Assembly: GCA_950097015.1 (NCBI GenBank)
Contig: CATNEN010000025.1
Coordinates: forward strand, 3,038,001-3,102,000
DNA length: 64,000 nucleotides
Direction: 5' to 3'
From: Macrostomum hystrix
Taxonomy: Eukaryota; Animalia; Platyhelminthes
The translations under genes were made by a program, and so were the position numbers. Numbering within the stretch: position 1 is the first letter of the stretch; each line of letters begins with the position of its first letter. Below are positions 43,242 to 54,375 of the stretch, in pieces. The notes under the pieces are model-generated. The model was not told where the DNA came from and did no database searches. It was given only the letters and a program-made list of their open reading frames with translations.

Positions 43242-46200
43242 TCAGGCGCTGCTTCCCTGCTGCTGCTGCTGTTGCTGCTGCTCCTGCAGAGGCAGAAGAA
43301 AAAATGTTATATGCCTTTTAACCTTGAGTCGACCCAAGCATATAGAAAAACTCTTGCCTTCCTGCGCTTCTCTTCCTCTTCTTTCAGCGCCTCGTATTTT
43401 TGCAGTGAACTCTTCAACTGGCTGACCAGTGACTCCGAGATTGGCGGGAAAATCTTCAGGATGAAGGCGAGAGCGAAGTGAAAGTGTAAATGCCATTGAC
43501 ATCGGATTATTGCACAGAAGTGGCTTCAACTCTTTCCATCTGGTTCGTTTCTAACTGGCCTCTCTTTCTTTTTAAAGAATGTAGTAAGGGCTTTGAACTT
43601 CTGACCGTAAGGTCATGAGCTCGAATCCCAGGGAAAAAAAATTCTAAAAATACTAATCATTTGGTGACTCTAGACCCGCAGCCAGCGAGGAGGCAATTCA
43701 GCCCATTTCGCTGACTCCTGAGCACACACGCACACAGATACTGAACGCACTCACTCACTCACACAGGGTGTGTACATCTGTTCTGATTTTCTCATCGAAA
43801 ATCTGGGGAAGCATTTGTTGTCCGCAAGCTGGACACTAAATTCCTGATTGCTTTACTTTACTTAGCAGTTAAATACATGCCAGCATCGGCTTGGTTAGAA
43901 ATTTGGGTGCTCAGTCCAGTCCATAGACTGAGCAGGTGTACACAGCCTTTGAATGCGTCGCGCGATAGCTGCTGTCATGCCACTGGCTGTGTTATACATC
44001 TAACCCAACTTGGCTAGGTGTACTTGCTACGAGCGTACCTTCTATCGCATTTTATTGCTTTAAAATCTCTCCCCATGTATCCGAATCCATATTCAATAAA
44101 AATGGCACAGCAAGAGGTCAGCTCACCCTAGCAACAGCCTCGAACATGGGGATCAGGACGAAGCGAATGAAGCCAATCTGAGCCGTTGGCTTGGTCACCT
44201 TCTCCCGGTCCATGAAGGGCGCCACTGGCAGGCCTTCGATCTTCTCGCGATCCGACTTTGCGTTTGGTTACGCGAGATAATTTTCAATGGGATTAGTGTA
44301 CCGATTCGAAGGATCGATTGCATAGGGGATGATTGGGAAGACTGGACAGATTAGGGATGATTGGGAAGAGGCGCGTATTAACGATGTTTTAAAGGGGTGG
44401 ATTCGTGATGATTTAGAGGGGCGGGTTTAGGATGATTTAGAGGGGCGGATTTGGGATGATTTTGAGGGGCGGATTTAGGATGATTTAGAGGGACGGATTT
44501 AGGATGATTTAGAGGGACGGATTTAGGATGATTTTGAGGGTGGATTTAGGATGATTTAGAGGGACGGATTTAGGATGATTTAGAGGGACGGATTTAGGAT
44601 GATTTAGAGGGACGGATTTAGGATGATTTAGAGGAGCGGATTTGGGATGATTTAGAGGGGTGGATTTGGGATGATTTTGAGGGGCGGATTTGGGATGAGT
44701 TAGAGAAGCGGATTTAGGATGATTTTGAGGGGCGGATTTAGGATGATTTAGAGGGGCGGATTTAGGATGATTTTGAGGGGCGGATTTAGGATGATTTTGA
44801 GGGTGGACTTAGGATGATTTAGAGGGGCGGATTTGGGATGATTTAGAGGGGCGGATTTAGGATGATTTAGAGGGGCGGATTTAGGATGATTTTGAGGGGC
44901 GGATTTAGGATGATTTAGAGGGGCGGATTTAGGATGATTTAGAGGGGCGGATTTAGGATGATTTAGAGGGGTGGATTTAGGATGATTTAGAGGGGTGGAT
45001 TTAGGATGATTTAGAGGGGCGGATTTAGGATTATTTAGAGGGGTGGATTTGGGATGATTTTGAGGGGCGGATTTGGGATGATTTAGAGGAGCGGATTTAG
45101 GATGATTTTGAGGGGCGGATTTAGGATGATTTAGAGGGGTGGATTTAGGATGATTTAGAGGGGCGGATTTGGGATTATTTAGAGGGGTGGATTTGGGATG
45201 ATTTTGAGGGGCGGATTTGGGATGATTTAGAGGAGCGGATTTAGGATGATTTTGAGGGGCGGATTTAGGATGATTTAGAGGGGCGGATTTAGGATGATTT
45301 TGAAGGGCGGATTTAGGATGATTTAGAGGGGCGGAATTAGGATGATTTTGAGGGGTGGATTTAGGATGGTTTAGAGGGGTGGATTTAGGATGGTTTAGAG
45401 GGGTGGATTTAGGATGATTTTGAGAGTGGATTTAGGATAATTTTGAGGGTGGATTTAGGATGATTTTGAGGGGCGGAATTAGGATGATTTTGAGGGGCGG
45501 ATTCAGAGTGGGCAGCAGAGTGCGGATCAGATAAAGCTGATGAACTACCTGGTTAAAGTACTCTTCTAGAAGGCAGTCGACCCAGGGCTCGCTGACCTCC
45601 ATCGGGCGCACCTCGTTCGAGATGTCGCAGCACTTAATCAGCACCATTTTCAGCTGGAAAAAGTTGGGACAGAATTTTATAGTGGTTGTGAAAACGCTCA
45701 CATGTCTACTTTTTAGTAGTCTGATGAATTGTCAAATGATGTTCTGCCTCGACCTTATTTGAGCTCGCAAGATTAAGGATTCGTCGTCGTCAGCTTTGCT
45801 AAACAGTAATTTCTCATTCTTACGTCAAAGAAAACACAGCGAAATGTATTTTTTTGCATCCTTAATGCGATCATTGAGTGCTCTATTTATCTCTATGTTC
45901 ATGATGTCATGATGTCATTATGTACCAATCATAATGTCTTGATGATCAAACGTAATAAAATAGCGAATGACTTCAGCTTTAGAAAGTAATTATGTCTTTA
46001 AAACTGTAATTAACAATCGTAAAAAATCTTTTGAGCCTTTCTGTTTGATCAAAATTACTCAAGCACATGTAAATGTCTACAGTACATGTCTACGGTGCAG
46101 TATTGGGATGTTTAAGAATCAGGGAAGAAATATGACCATTGCAATACATGTGAAGAGGCGGCAACCCACTGCAGGACATTGGGAGAGGCGGCAACCCACT

Positions 46201-49200
46201 GCAGGACATTGGGAGAGGCAGCAACCCACTGCAGGACATTCGGAGAGGCGGCAACCTACTGCAGTGCATGGGGAGAGGAGGCAACCCACTGCAGTACATA
46301 GGGAGAGGCGGCAACTTACTGCAGTACATAGGGAGAGGCGGCAACCCACTGCAGTACATAGGGAGAGGCGGCAACCTACTGCAGTACATAGGGAGAGGCG
46401 GCAACCCACTGCAGGACATTCGGAGAGGCGGCAACCCACTGCAGTGCATAGGGAGAGGCGGCAACCCACTGCAGTACATAGGGAGAGGCGGCAACCCACT
46501 GCAGTACATAGGGAGAGGCGGCAACCCACTGCAGGACATTGGGAGAGGCGGCAACCCACTGCAGGACATTGGGAGAGGCAGCAACCCACTGCAGGACATT
46601 GGGAGAGGCGGCAACCCACTGCAGTACATAGGGAGAGGCGGCAACCCACTGCAGTACATAGGGAGAGGCGGCAACCCACTGCAGGACATAGGGAGAGGCG
46701 GCAACCCACTTCAGGACATTGGGAGAGGCGGCAACCCACTGCAGGACATTGGGAGAGGCGGCAAAAAACAGCAACCCATTGCAAGGAAGGCAACCCAATG
46801 CCCTTCACTAGCAACACAAACAGATAAGAAATAGCTTTTAGCAGCAGCAATGCCCACCAGACCCTGACTCACTGTGTCCGTGTGCTCCTTCTTGGAAAAG
46901 TCAAAGCCTTCTTCGGTTCGCTTTTTGAAATTCTCCAAAATTTCACCGTGCCGGGCCATGTCGGTGGCCAGTATGAGCATGGTCATGCCCTGTAGTCATT
47001 ATCGTCAATTGATACGATTCGATATTTTATTTGATTCTCGCATTGCGTTACTAGGTTAACCATGCAATTAATGTACCTTTCGAATGCGCTGAAAAGTGTC
47101 TTTATCCAAATTGGCGAAGATGTTGGTCTCGGGATTGTTGAGTATCTGGAAGGCCACGGCGCAGTGATGATTCTCTAGCGGGCTGATGTCGTTGTACCTG
47201 ATGGCCAGCTCAGTTCGAGCGTTAATCTGGTAGGTGTTGTTGTATCCGGGATGGTCGAGGTCGTGACAGATGGCGGCCGTGATCAGGACGCCGAGGTCCT
47301 CGCGCGGCAGCTGGCTGTTGAGACCGGTGAGATGAAGCATGCCGTACATCATCTGGCAGACGCAGAAGCAGTGCCGAAAGTTGTGGAACGGATTGTTGCG
47401 GTAGTTGGCCTGGATGCACAGCTGCGGGTGGGGGAATCGGATTGACAGGTGTGATTGACAGGCGTGTTGGGTTAGGCTACAGTGATTGACAGGTGTGATT
47501 GACAGGTGTGTTGGGTTAGGCTACAGTGATTTACAGGTGTGATTGACAGGTGTGTTGGGTTATGCTACAGTTATTGACAGGTGTGTTGGGTTAGGCTACA
47601 GTGATTGACAGGTGTGTTGGGTTAGGCTACAGTTATTGACAGGTGCGATTGACAGGTGTGTTGGGTTAGGCTACAGTGATTGACAGGTGTGTTGGGTTAG
47701 GCTACAGTGATTGACAGGTGTGTTGGGTTAGGCTACAGTGATTGACAGGTGTGTTGGGTTAGGCCACAGTGATTGACATGTGTGTTGGGTTAGGCTACAG
47801 TGATTGACAGGTGTGTTGGGTTAGGCTACAGTGATTGACAGGTGTGTTGGGTTAGGCTACAGTGATTGACAGGTGTGTTGGGTTAGGCTACAGTGATTGA
47901 CAGGTGTGTTGGGTTAGGCCACAGTGATTGACAGGTGTGTTGGGTTAGGCCACAGTGATTGACATGTGTGTTGGGCTAGGCCACAGTGATTGACAGGTGT
48001 GTTGGGTTAGGCTACAGTGATTGACAGGTGTGTTGGGTTAGGCTACAGTGATTGACAGGTGTGTTGGGTTAGGCTACAGTGATTGACAGGTGTGTTGGGT
48101 TAGGCTACAGTGATTGACAGGTGTGTTGGGTTAGGCCACAGTGATTGACATGTGTGTTGGGCTAGGCCACAGTGATTGACATGTGTGTTGGGCTAGGCTA
48201 AAGTGATTGACAGGTGTGTTGGGTTAGGCTAAAGTGATTGACAGGTGTGTTGGGTTAGGCTGTTGTCTAGTGATTGACGTGTTTGTTTTGCTATCCAATG
48301 GTAGAAGCGGTGTCTCACTAGCCATCTCTTCAGAGTGACTGGATTAATGTTGAATTCTTGCATCAGGCCCAGCTCATGGTACATGTGCTCCATGAGGCTC
48401 AGCATCTGCAAGAAAATGAGCTTAATGATTTAAAATTTCAATAAATTAATGAAATAATCAATGAAACTCTGACCAGACCTCATTTGGTTCCCAGTGCCAA
48501 ATGTCGAAAGTCGGCTTCTTCAAATAATCCACCGTCTCTTCAGAGAGAATGTACTGCAACAAGACAGGCAACAATTTGATTTCTTTGTGTGTATGCTACG
48601 TTTTACATGTTTACCTTTTTATAGGAATTTCTAATGCAAAATTTTCAAGCCCAGTGAGGAATCGGGTAGAGGGGATTAAGGGGATGGGGTAGAGGGGATT
48701 GAGGGGATGGGGTACAGAAGATTGAGGGGATGGGGTAGAGCGGATTGAGGGGATGGGGTAGAGCGGATTGAGGGGATGGGGTAGAGCGGATTGAGGGGAT
48801 AAGGTTGAGCGGATTGAGGGGATAAGGTTGAGCGGATTAAGGGGATAAGGTTGAGCGGATTAAGGGGATAAGGTTGAGCGGATTAAGGGGATAAGGTTGA
48901 GCGGATTGAGGAGATGGAGAAGAAGGATGTGATTGGGATGGTCCTAACAAATTATCGCGAATAGGCAGCAGGCGGTCCAAAGTGCCGGTGATTGTGTGAA
49001 TAATTTTCAATACCTTCTGAAATGCAGGCACGCGTTTCAGGCTGACGAACTTGATGCCGTTCTCATCCGTAACGAGCACATTCTCAGCCTCCTGCGATGG
49101 AGCGGGCATTCTGGCGCGGGTTAAGCAGGTGGTGCGGTGGAGGGTTGCGTGAAGTAGACTAGAATCTAAAGGTTTGTTGAATATTATGCGAAGTACATAG

Positions 49201-52200
49201 CGAAAGAGCATAGGGCCTTGAGCCCATGAGACAGGCCGGAAATCTATAACTTCTGACACCGCCTTCCTTTTTCATCTCTCCTCTGTCTCATCTCTCCTCT
49301 GTCTCATCTCTCCCCTTGCTTCATCTCTCCTCTGTCTCATCTCTCCCGTGTCTCATCTTTCTTCTGTCTCATCTGTCCCTACTCTCATCTCCCCTGTCTC
49401 ATCTGCACCGTGTCTCATCTCTCCCCTTGCTTCATCTCTCCTCTGTCTCATCTCTCCCGTGTCTCATCTTTCTTCTGTCTCATCTGTCCCTACTCTCATC
49501 TCCCCTGTCTCATCTGCACCGTGTCTCATCTCTCCTCTGTCTCATCTGCAGCGTGTCTTATCTCTCCTCTGTCCCATCTGCACCGTGTCTCATCTCTCTG
49601 TCTGATCTCTCCTCTGTCTCATCTCTCCCCTTGCTTCATCTCTCCTCTGTCTCATCTCTCCCGTGTCTCATCTTTCTTCTGTCTCATCTGTCCCTACTCT
49701 CATCTCCCCTGTCTCATCTGCACCGTGTCTCATCTCTCCTCTGTCTCATCTGCAGCGTGTCTCATCTCTCCTCTGTCCCATCTGCACCGTGTCTCATCTC
49801 TCTGTCTGATCTCTCCTCTGTCTCATCTCTCCCCTTGCTTCATCTCTCCTCTGTCTCATCTCTCCCGTGTCTCATCTTTCTTCTGTCTCATCTGTCTCTA
49901 CTCTCATCTCCCCTGTCTCATCTGCACCGTGTCTCATCTCTCCTCTGTCTCATCTGCACCGTGTCTCATCTCTCCTCTGTCCCATCTGCACCGTGTCTCA
50001 TCTCTCTGTCTGATCTCTCCTCTGTCTCATCTCTCCCCTTGCTTCATCTCTCCTCTGTCTCATCTCTCCCGTGTCTCATCTTTCTTCTGTCTCATCTGTC
50101 CCTACTCTTATCTCGCCTGTCTCATCTCTCCTGTGTCTCATCTTTCTTCTGTCTCATGTGTCCCTACTCTCATCTCCCCTGTCTCATCTGCACCGTGTCT
50201 CATCTCTCCTCTGTCTCATCTGCACCGTGTATCATCTCTCCTCTGTCCCATCTGCACCGTGTCTCATCTCTCCTCTGTCTCATCTCTCCTCTGTCTCATC
50301 TCTCCTCTGTCTAATCTCTCCTGTCTAATCTCTCCTCTGTCTAATCTCTCCTCTGTCTAATCTCTCCTGTGTCTTTTCTGTCCCGTGTCTCATCTCTCCC
50401 CTGTCTGATTTAAAGTTCGAATCACTGATCATTTAAGAATTCGGTTAAGCGATGCCTACTAGTCTAAAGGGTAAATCAGTGAAGAAAGTTATTGGATGGT
50501 AAGACTGAGGAAACTGAGACAGCTTTTGCAAAACATGAATTTTGGATGCATTCAAATTTTCAAACACGATATCATTAATTGGCTTTGTCCATGAGAATAC
50601 ACTTCAGTAGGTCAAACACGCATCTCAAAAGGTGGGGACGCAGGTGCATCCCTCAATATCATTACTTCCGCACTGTGATTCCAAATTAGCATTGCTCAGC
50701 GGTGCAACAGTGCAAGCACTAGACTATCGTTCTCAAACTAAACTTTCTCAGAAATGTCTGCTAGTGCAGCGAACCTTCAAGTACAATGGGGCGTTTGGCC
50801 TAGCATCGTTTAGCTGGATCTGCATTCCAACATGCTGCTGGTCGCTACTAAAATATGTGTGTAATTTTCATTCAGTTTTTTTAGAAAGAACCCATTGTTT
50901 GTGAGAAGTGATGTGATAAAAATCTAGCTTAAATATGTACTCAAACTCACTGTTTGTTGCTAGGCGACTGGTTGATCTTGCGGCCCTGCTGCCACACCTG
51001 GTCGCGCACCTCGCTGATGTCCTTCTTGCATTTCTCTATCTCCACAAACTTCAGCGATTCGGCTATTGTGAAACAAAAGTGAGAACTTGCTTAGATAAAA
51101 ACATTTCACCTTTAGTATACTTTTTAAGACACCCCAATTCCGATTCCCACTGGTCTAAACCTAGAGGTCATGGGTTCGAATCTCAGCCCAAGGGAAGATC
51201 GTCTTTAATTCCCATTCCTAGAAAAGTTACTTTACATTTCTTCAGTTCACCAAGCCGTAAACTGGGGTCCATCATTATCTGTTGCAGAAATTCGGATGTT
51301 TGTGGCTTCCCCCAGTCCATGGACTTAACGGTTGTACACAGCCTTTGATCATGCGCCGGCGATAGCTGCGACTGTGGCATTGGCTGTACATCTGGCCTAA
51401 CAGGCTTCTATGTCAAATTTCTCTTTTCATTCTAGAAAGCGACCCATGCGGAGTTAATAAACCTCGACCTTGAGTGTATGGACCTCTAATTTGATCTCTC
51501 ACCCTCTAATCGTTTCTCGATCATGTTCAGCCTCTTGTCCAGCTCCATCCGGAAGTCTTCCATCTTGAAGGCCCGGTTAAACTGCTCGCCAACTTTGCTG
51601 AGAACAGCCGTTAGGGCCAGCACCTCGGACTCAGTGTCAGCCGGCTTAGTAACACTGACGCTGTATGGCGAGCTGTCACGGTGTTCGAAATGCGAGCTAG
51701 TGCAATAGTCTATGGGAATTCTATGGTGATTCTCTAACTATTTATTCAGGATTACAAGGCTATCAGATACTTACTATTACGACTATTACCATTAGCATTA
51801 GCATGAGTAAATGCAATAACCACGCCTATACATTTATGCATAGGCGTCACAGGAACACTCACACCGAGGCGCGCAATCACCGCCGTCAATTAACTGAAGT
51901 AATATCGAGATACAACTTGTATATAGTCCTCCCGTTTTATTACGAGCTAAATTCTTCCCTCCCAGACTTCTGCCCATTCTGCTGACTCCAAAGCACACAC
52001 GCACACAGATACTGTACGCAGGCACACACTTACACATCTTCCCTGACTTTCTCATCGTCCGGCAGTGTACATTCTCTAGAGGTTAGCCCTCTAGGGCGAA
52101 AATTGCGCGACAAGCCCCAAATGAATGTGGCCTCGCCGCGGAATCGAGCTCAGGGACCTTGGTGCGAGAGGCAAACTCGTTAGACCGCTCTGCCACTCAC

Positions 52201-52894
52201 CCCCCTACTGAATGCACTATCCCTGATGGGAAAGAGTAGAACTTCGGACCTTCTGTCAGAATCATTGAATATTTCGACGTTCTGCAAGGGTTTAGTTCTT
52301 GCATTGATTTTTGTTTCATAAGGTCCGCAACCACTGTTTGCGTTTGTACTAGAACATTGTTCAGGCGTAAAAATGGTCTAAGGAAAATCTCCCGTTGAGA
52401 ACTTCTATTGGGTAATACTGTCAAAGCTATTTCACTCATGCCACAATGACCTGACGTCTGAGAGCAATGAGAGACTAGTCTAATTGGGAAATATTTCCAA
52501 TAGCTCGCATCTTTCGATAATGGACTAATCCTATCCCACAGCAAAGTGCTCCTTTGAGGCTCCAGGCTCACTCGACCGAGTTCTGCGGCATGGACGGCAC
52601 AATCGGAACGTGGCCACCGTTGCGCGACTTCAGCGAGATCTGGGAGCCACGGCGCACCTGGGCCACCTGGCAGATGAGGTCCTGGATATCCTGCGAGGAG
52701 CTGTGCGGACTGAACAGGATCTGGGCGGGCAGGAGAGGGGAGGATATGAGCTTGAGCTTTTAATTAGTTTTTTTCAAATGTTTTTTTTCAAACAGAACTT
52801 GTTTGATTTCAAACTTATTTTCAAACTTCACCGTTTCTGAGCGGCCATTCACGTCCAGGTAGATGTAGCGAGTACTGCTGGCTCCGTTGCCCAT
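43242..52894 (-). CDS. PDE9A: cGMP-specific phosphodiesterase 9 orthologue, 13 exons, about 528 aa
   Basis: Exons (minus) 52894-52832, 52720-52572, 51672-51503, 51062-50951, 49110-49014, 48553-48479, 48405-48319, 47421-47077, 46989-46873, 45653-45549, 44255-44127, 43453-43358, 43283-43242; total 1587 nt. MGNGASS..IYLDVNG start, [49 protein letters not shown]. Confidence 0.95.
43575..44015 (+). mobile_element. SINE family B copy interrupted by a family A fragment
   Basis: Head gaacttctgaccgtaaggtcatgagctcgaatccc at about 43590-43630; family B 3' domain at about 43910-44010. Confidence 0.6.
43655..43797 (-). mobile_element. SINE family A 3' half (5'-truncated)
   Basis: atcatttggtgactctagacccgcagccagcgaggaggc...ctcatcg matches family A on the minus strand. 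Confidence 0.85.
44395..45505. repeat. 24-bp minisatellite (gatttagaggggcggatttaggat), PDE9 intron
   Basis: About 45 units. Confidence 0.96.
46150..46770. repeat. 30-bp minisatellite (gggagaggcggcaacccactgcagtacata), PDE9 intron
   Basis: About 20 units. Confidence 0.96.
47440..48280. repeat. 31-bp minisatellite (gtgattgacaggtgtgttgggttaggctaca), PDE9 intron
   Basis: About 26 units filling the intron. Confidence 0.96.
48665..48910. repeat. 23-bp G-rich minisatellite (ggattgaggggatggggtagagc), PDE9 intron
   Basis: About 10 units; attg recurs at 48721, 48744 and 48767. Confidence 0.92.
49270..50405. repeat. CT-rich 16-bp satellite with a 204-bp higher-order period, PDE9 intron
   Basis: Monomer tctcatctctcctctg; the ttgct marker recurs at 49427, 49631, 49835 and 50039. 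Confidence 0.93.
51140..51405 (+). mobile_element. SINE family B copy
   Basis: gaggtcatgggttcgaatctcagccc head, ttcttcagttcaccaagccgtaaa core, cagtccatggactt...gatagctgcgactgtggcattggctgtacatctggcc 3' domain. Confidence 0.75.
51965..52205 (-). mobile_element. SINE family A copy (3' end truncated), PDE9 intron
   Basis: Reverse complement: gggggtgagtggcagagcggtctaacgag...gagctcgattccgcggcgaggcc, followed by the body. Confidence 0.88.
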
Positions 52895-54375
52895 GTCTGG
52901 CCGAGAATTCACAAGCGTGGGAAATCCTTACGCTCTGCTTCGGCAAAAATACGCGAGCTTTCACTTGGGCTAGATTAGAAATGTTTCACAAGAGAGAAGA
53001 GGAAGGAAGCGAACCCGAGCACGAACCTGATTGGGAATAACAAACAACAGAGGAGCGGCGAGCTCGGAAAGGCAGGCGGGCACTCTTTCCCGCTGAGGCC
53101 GGCGTCCCAGTGTCAAATTACAGGACTTTGAAGCTGTCTCCCTTCATCTTCCTACCTGCCTCCACCCGCTCCTCTCTCCCTTCGACAGCTCGTCACGTTC
53201 GAGCGTCGCCTCGGCTTTGCTCGAACGCCTCCTGCCTCCTGCCTCCAGCCAATGAGCCTGCTGCGCCATGGGAAACTCTTCCACTTTGGGATAATTGCGC
53301 TAATGGGATCGCTAGGCATGCATGCAGTGGTAAGACTAGGGAAGGGATTTCGCCTTTCACTGGCCGCCCGCCTACTTTCTCCCGTCCCCACTTGGCCCTG
53401 TACTCTGTCGTTTTCCAGATCCCATCGCTTGACCAGCATTTGCGAGTCCTCGCCTTCCTTGGTGCAGTATGAGTCGCAAGGGTTAATTAGCAACTTGCCA
53501 TTACGTATTTCGCCTAGATGCAAGCCACCCTTCAAAAGAAACAAAGCGGCGGTATTTTTTCGCTTTCTTCTTCTTCGCTAATTAAAGTTTCAAGCTTCAT
53601 TTGTGAAGCCTTCAAGCTTTATTAATGTTAGGTACTTCAAAAATTTTATCCAAAAATAGCATTCAGTTTGAATTCGTAATGACTAAAAAATAAACTCAAC
53701 AAGCATGCGCTCCAAAGCGTTTGTAGAATCCTTAGGAAAAGGCACCTGTTGTCAAACCCGCCAAGCAGTGGGTTGCTACTTACGATAGCAAGGCTCTACA
53801 AACTACATTATTGAACCACGCATCAGGCAGATGTTTCAGAGAAACAAGGGAAGATACTCTGAGGACGCCAAAACGACGTACGACACGGCGCTCGTTCCTC
53901 AGACGTTATGCAGTCCCACGAGCGAACCAGTTGAGGTGTAAGAATAAGCACCTGAAATGCGACTGTACAGCAAGCTCGTTAACTGCGACTAGAATAAGAT
54001 TTTATGGCATCGCAGCCCGTATTCTGAGTTCAAATCATTCTGTCATTGTGCGTATAACGTTGTTTTCAGTCCTTATTCCTATTATACGCTCGTACGATCG
54101 GGCGCATTAAGCGTCAGGAACGTCCTTTCTGCCCGTCCTTTTGTCCTCTTTCAGTTCTAATTGGTTTCAGTTAGGTCCTTAAAACTTTCCTAGTTGAATC
54201 AAATAGTTTTAGAAGAAGTCGTCAGTGTAGACTTCATTTCACAACCAAGAGAGCTGAGCATAGAAAAACAGCCAAAAATAGGAAATTTCGTAGGAAATTT
54301 CTGTCAACACGCTCAGCTTAGAATTCAACTACGCTCGTTGCTTTCTTCTGGAGGCGTCAAGAATTTCGATACTCT

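Noticed and set aside
45967-50360. Long repeat ORFs at 46.0-46.8 kb and 49.3-50.4 kb
   Set aside because: Intronic arrays of PDE9.
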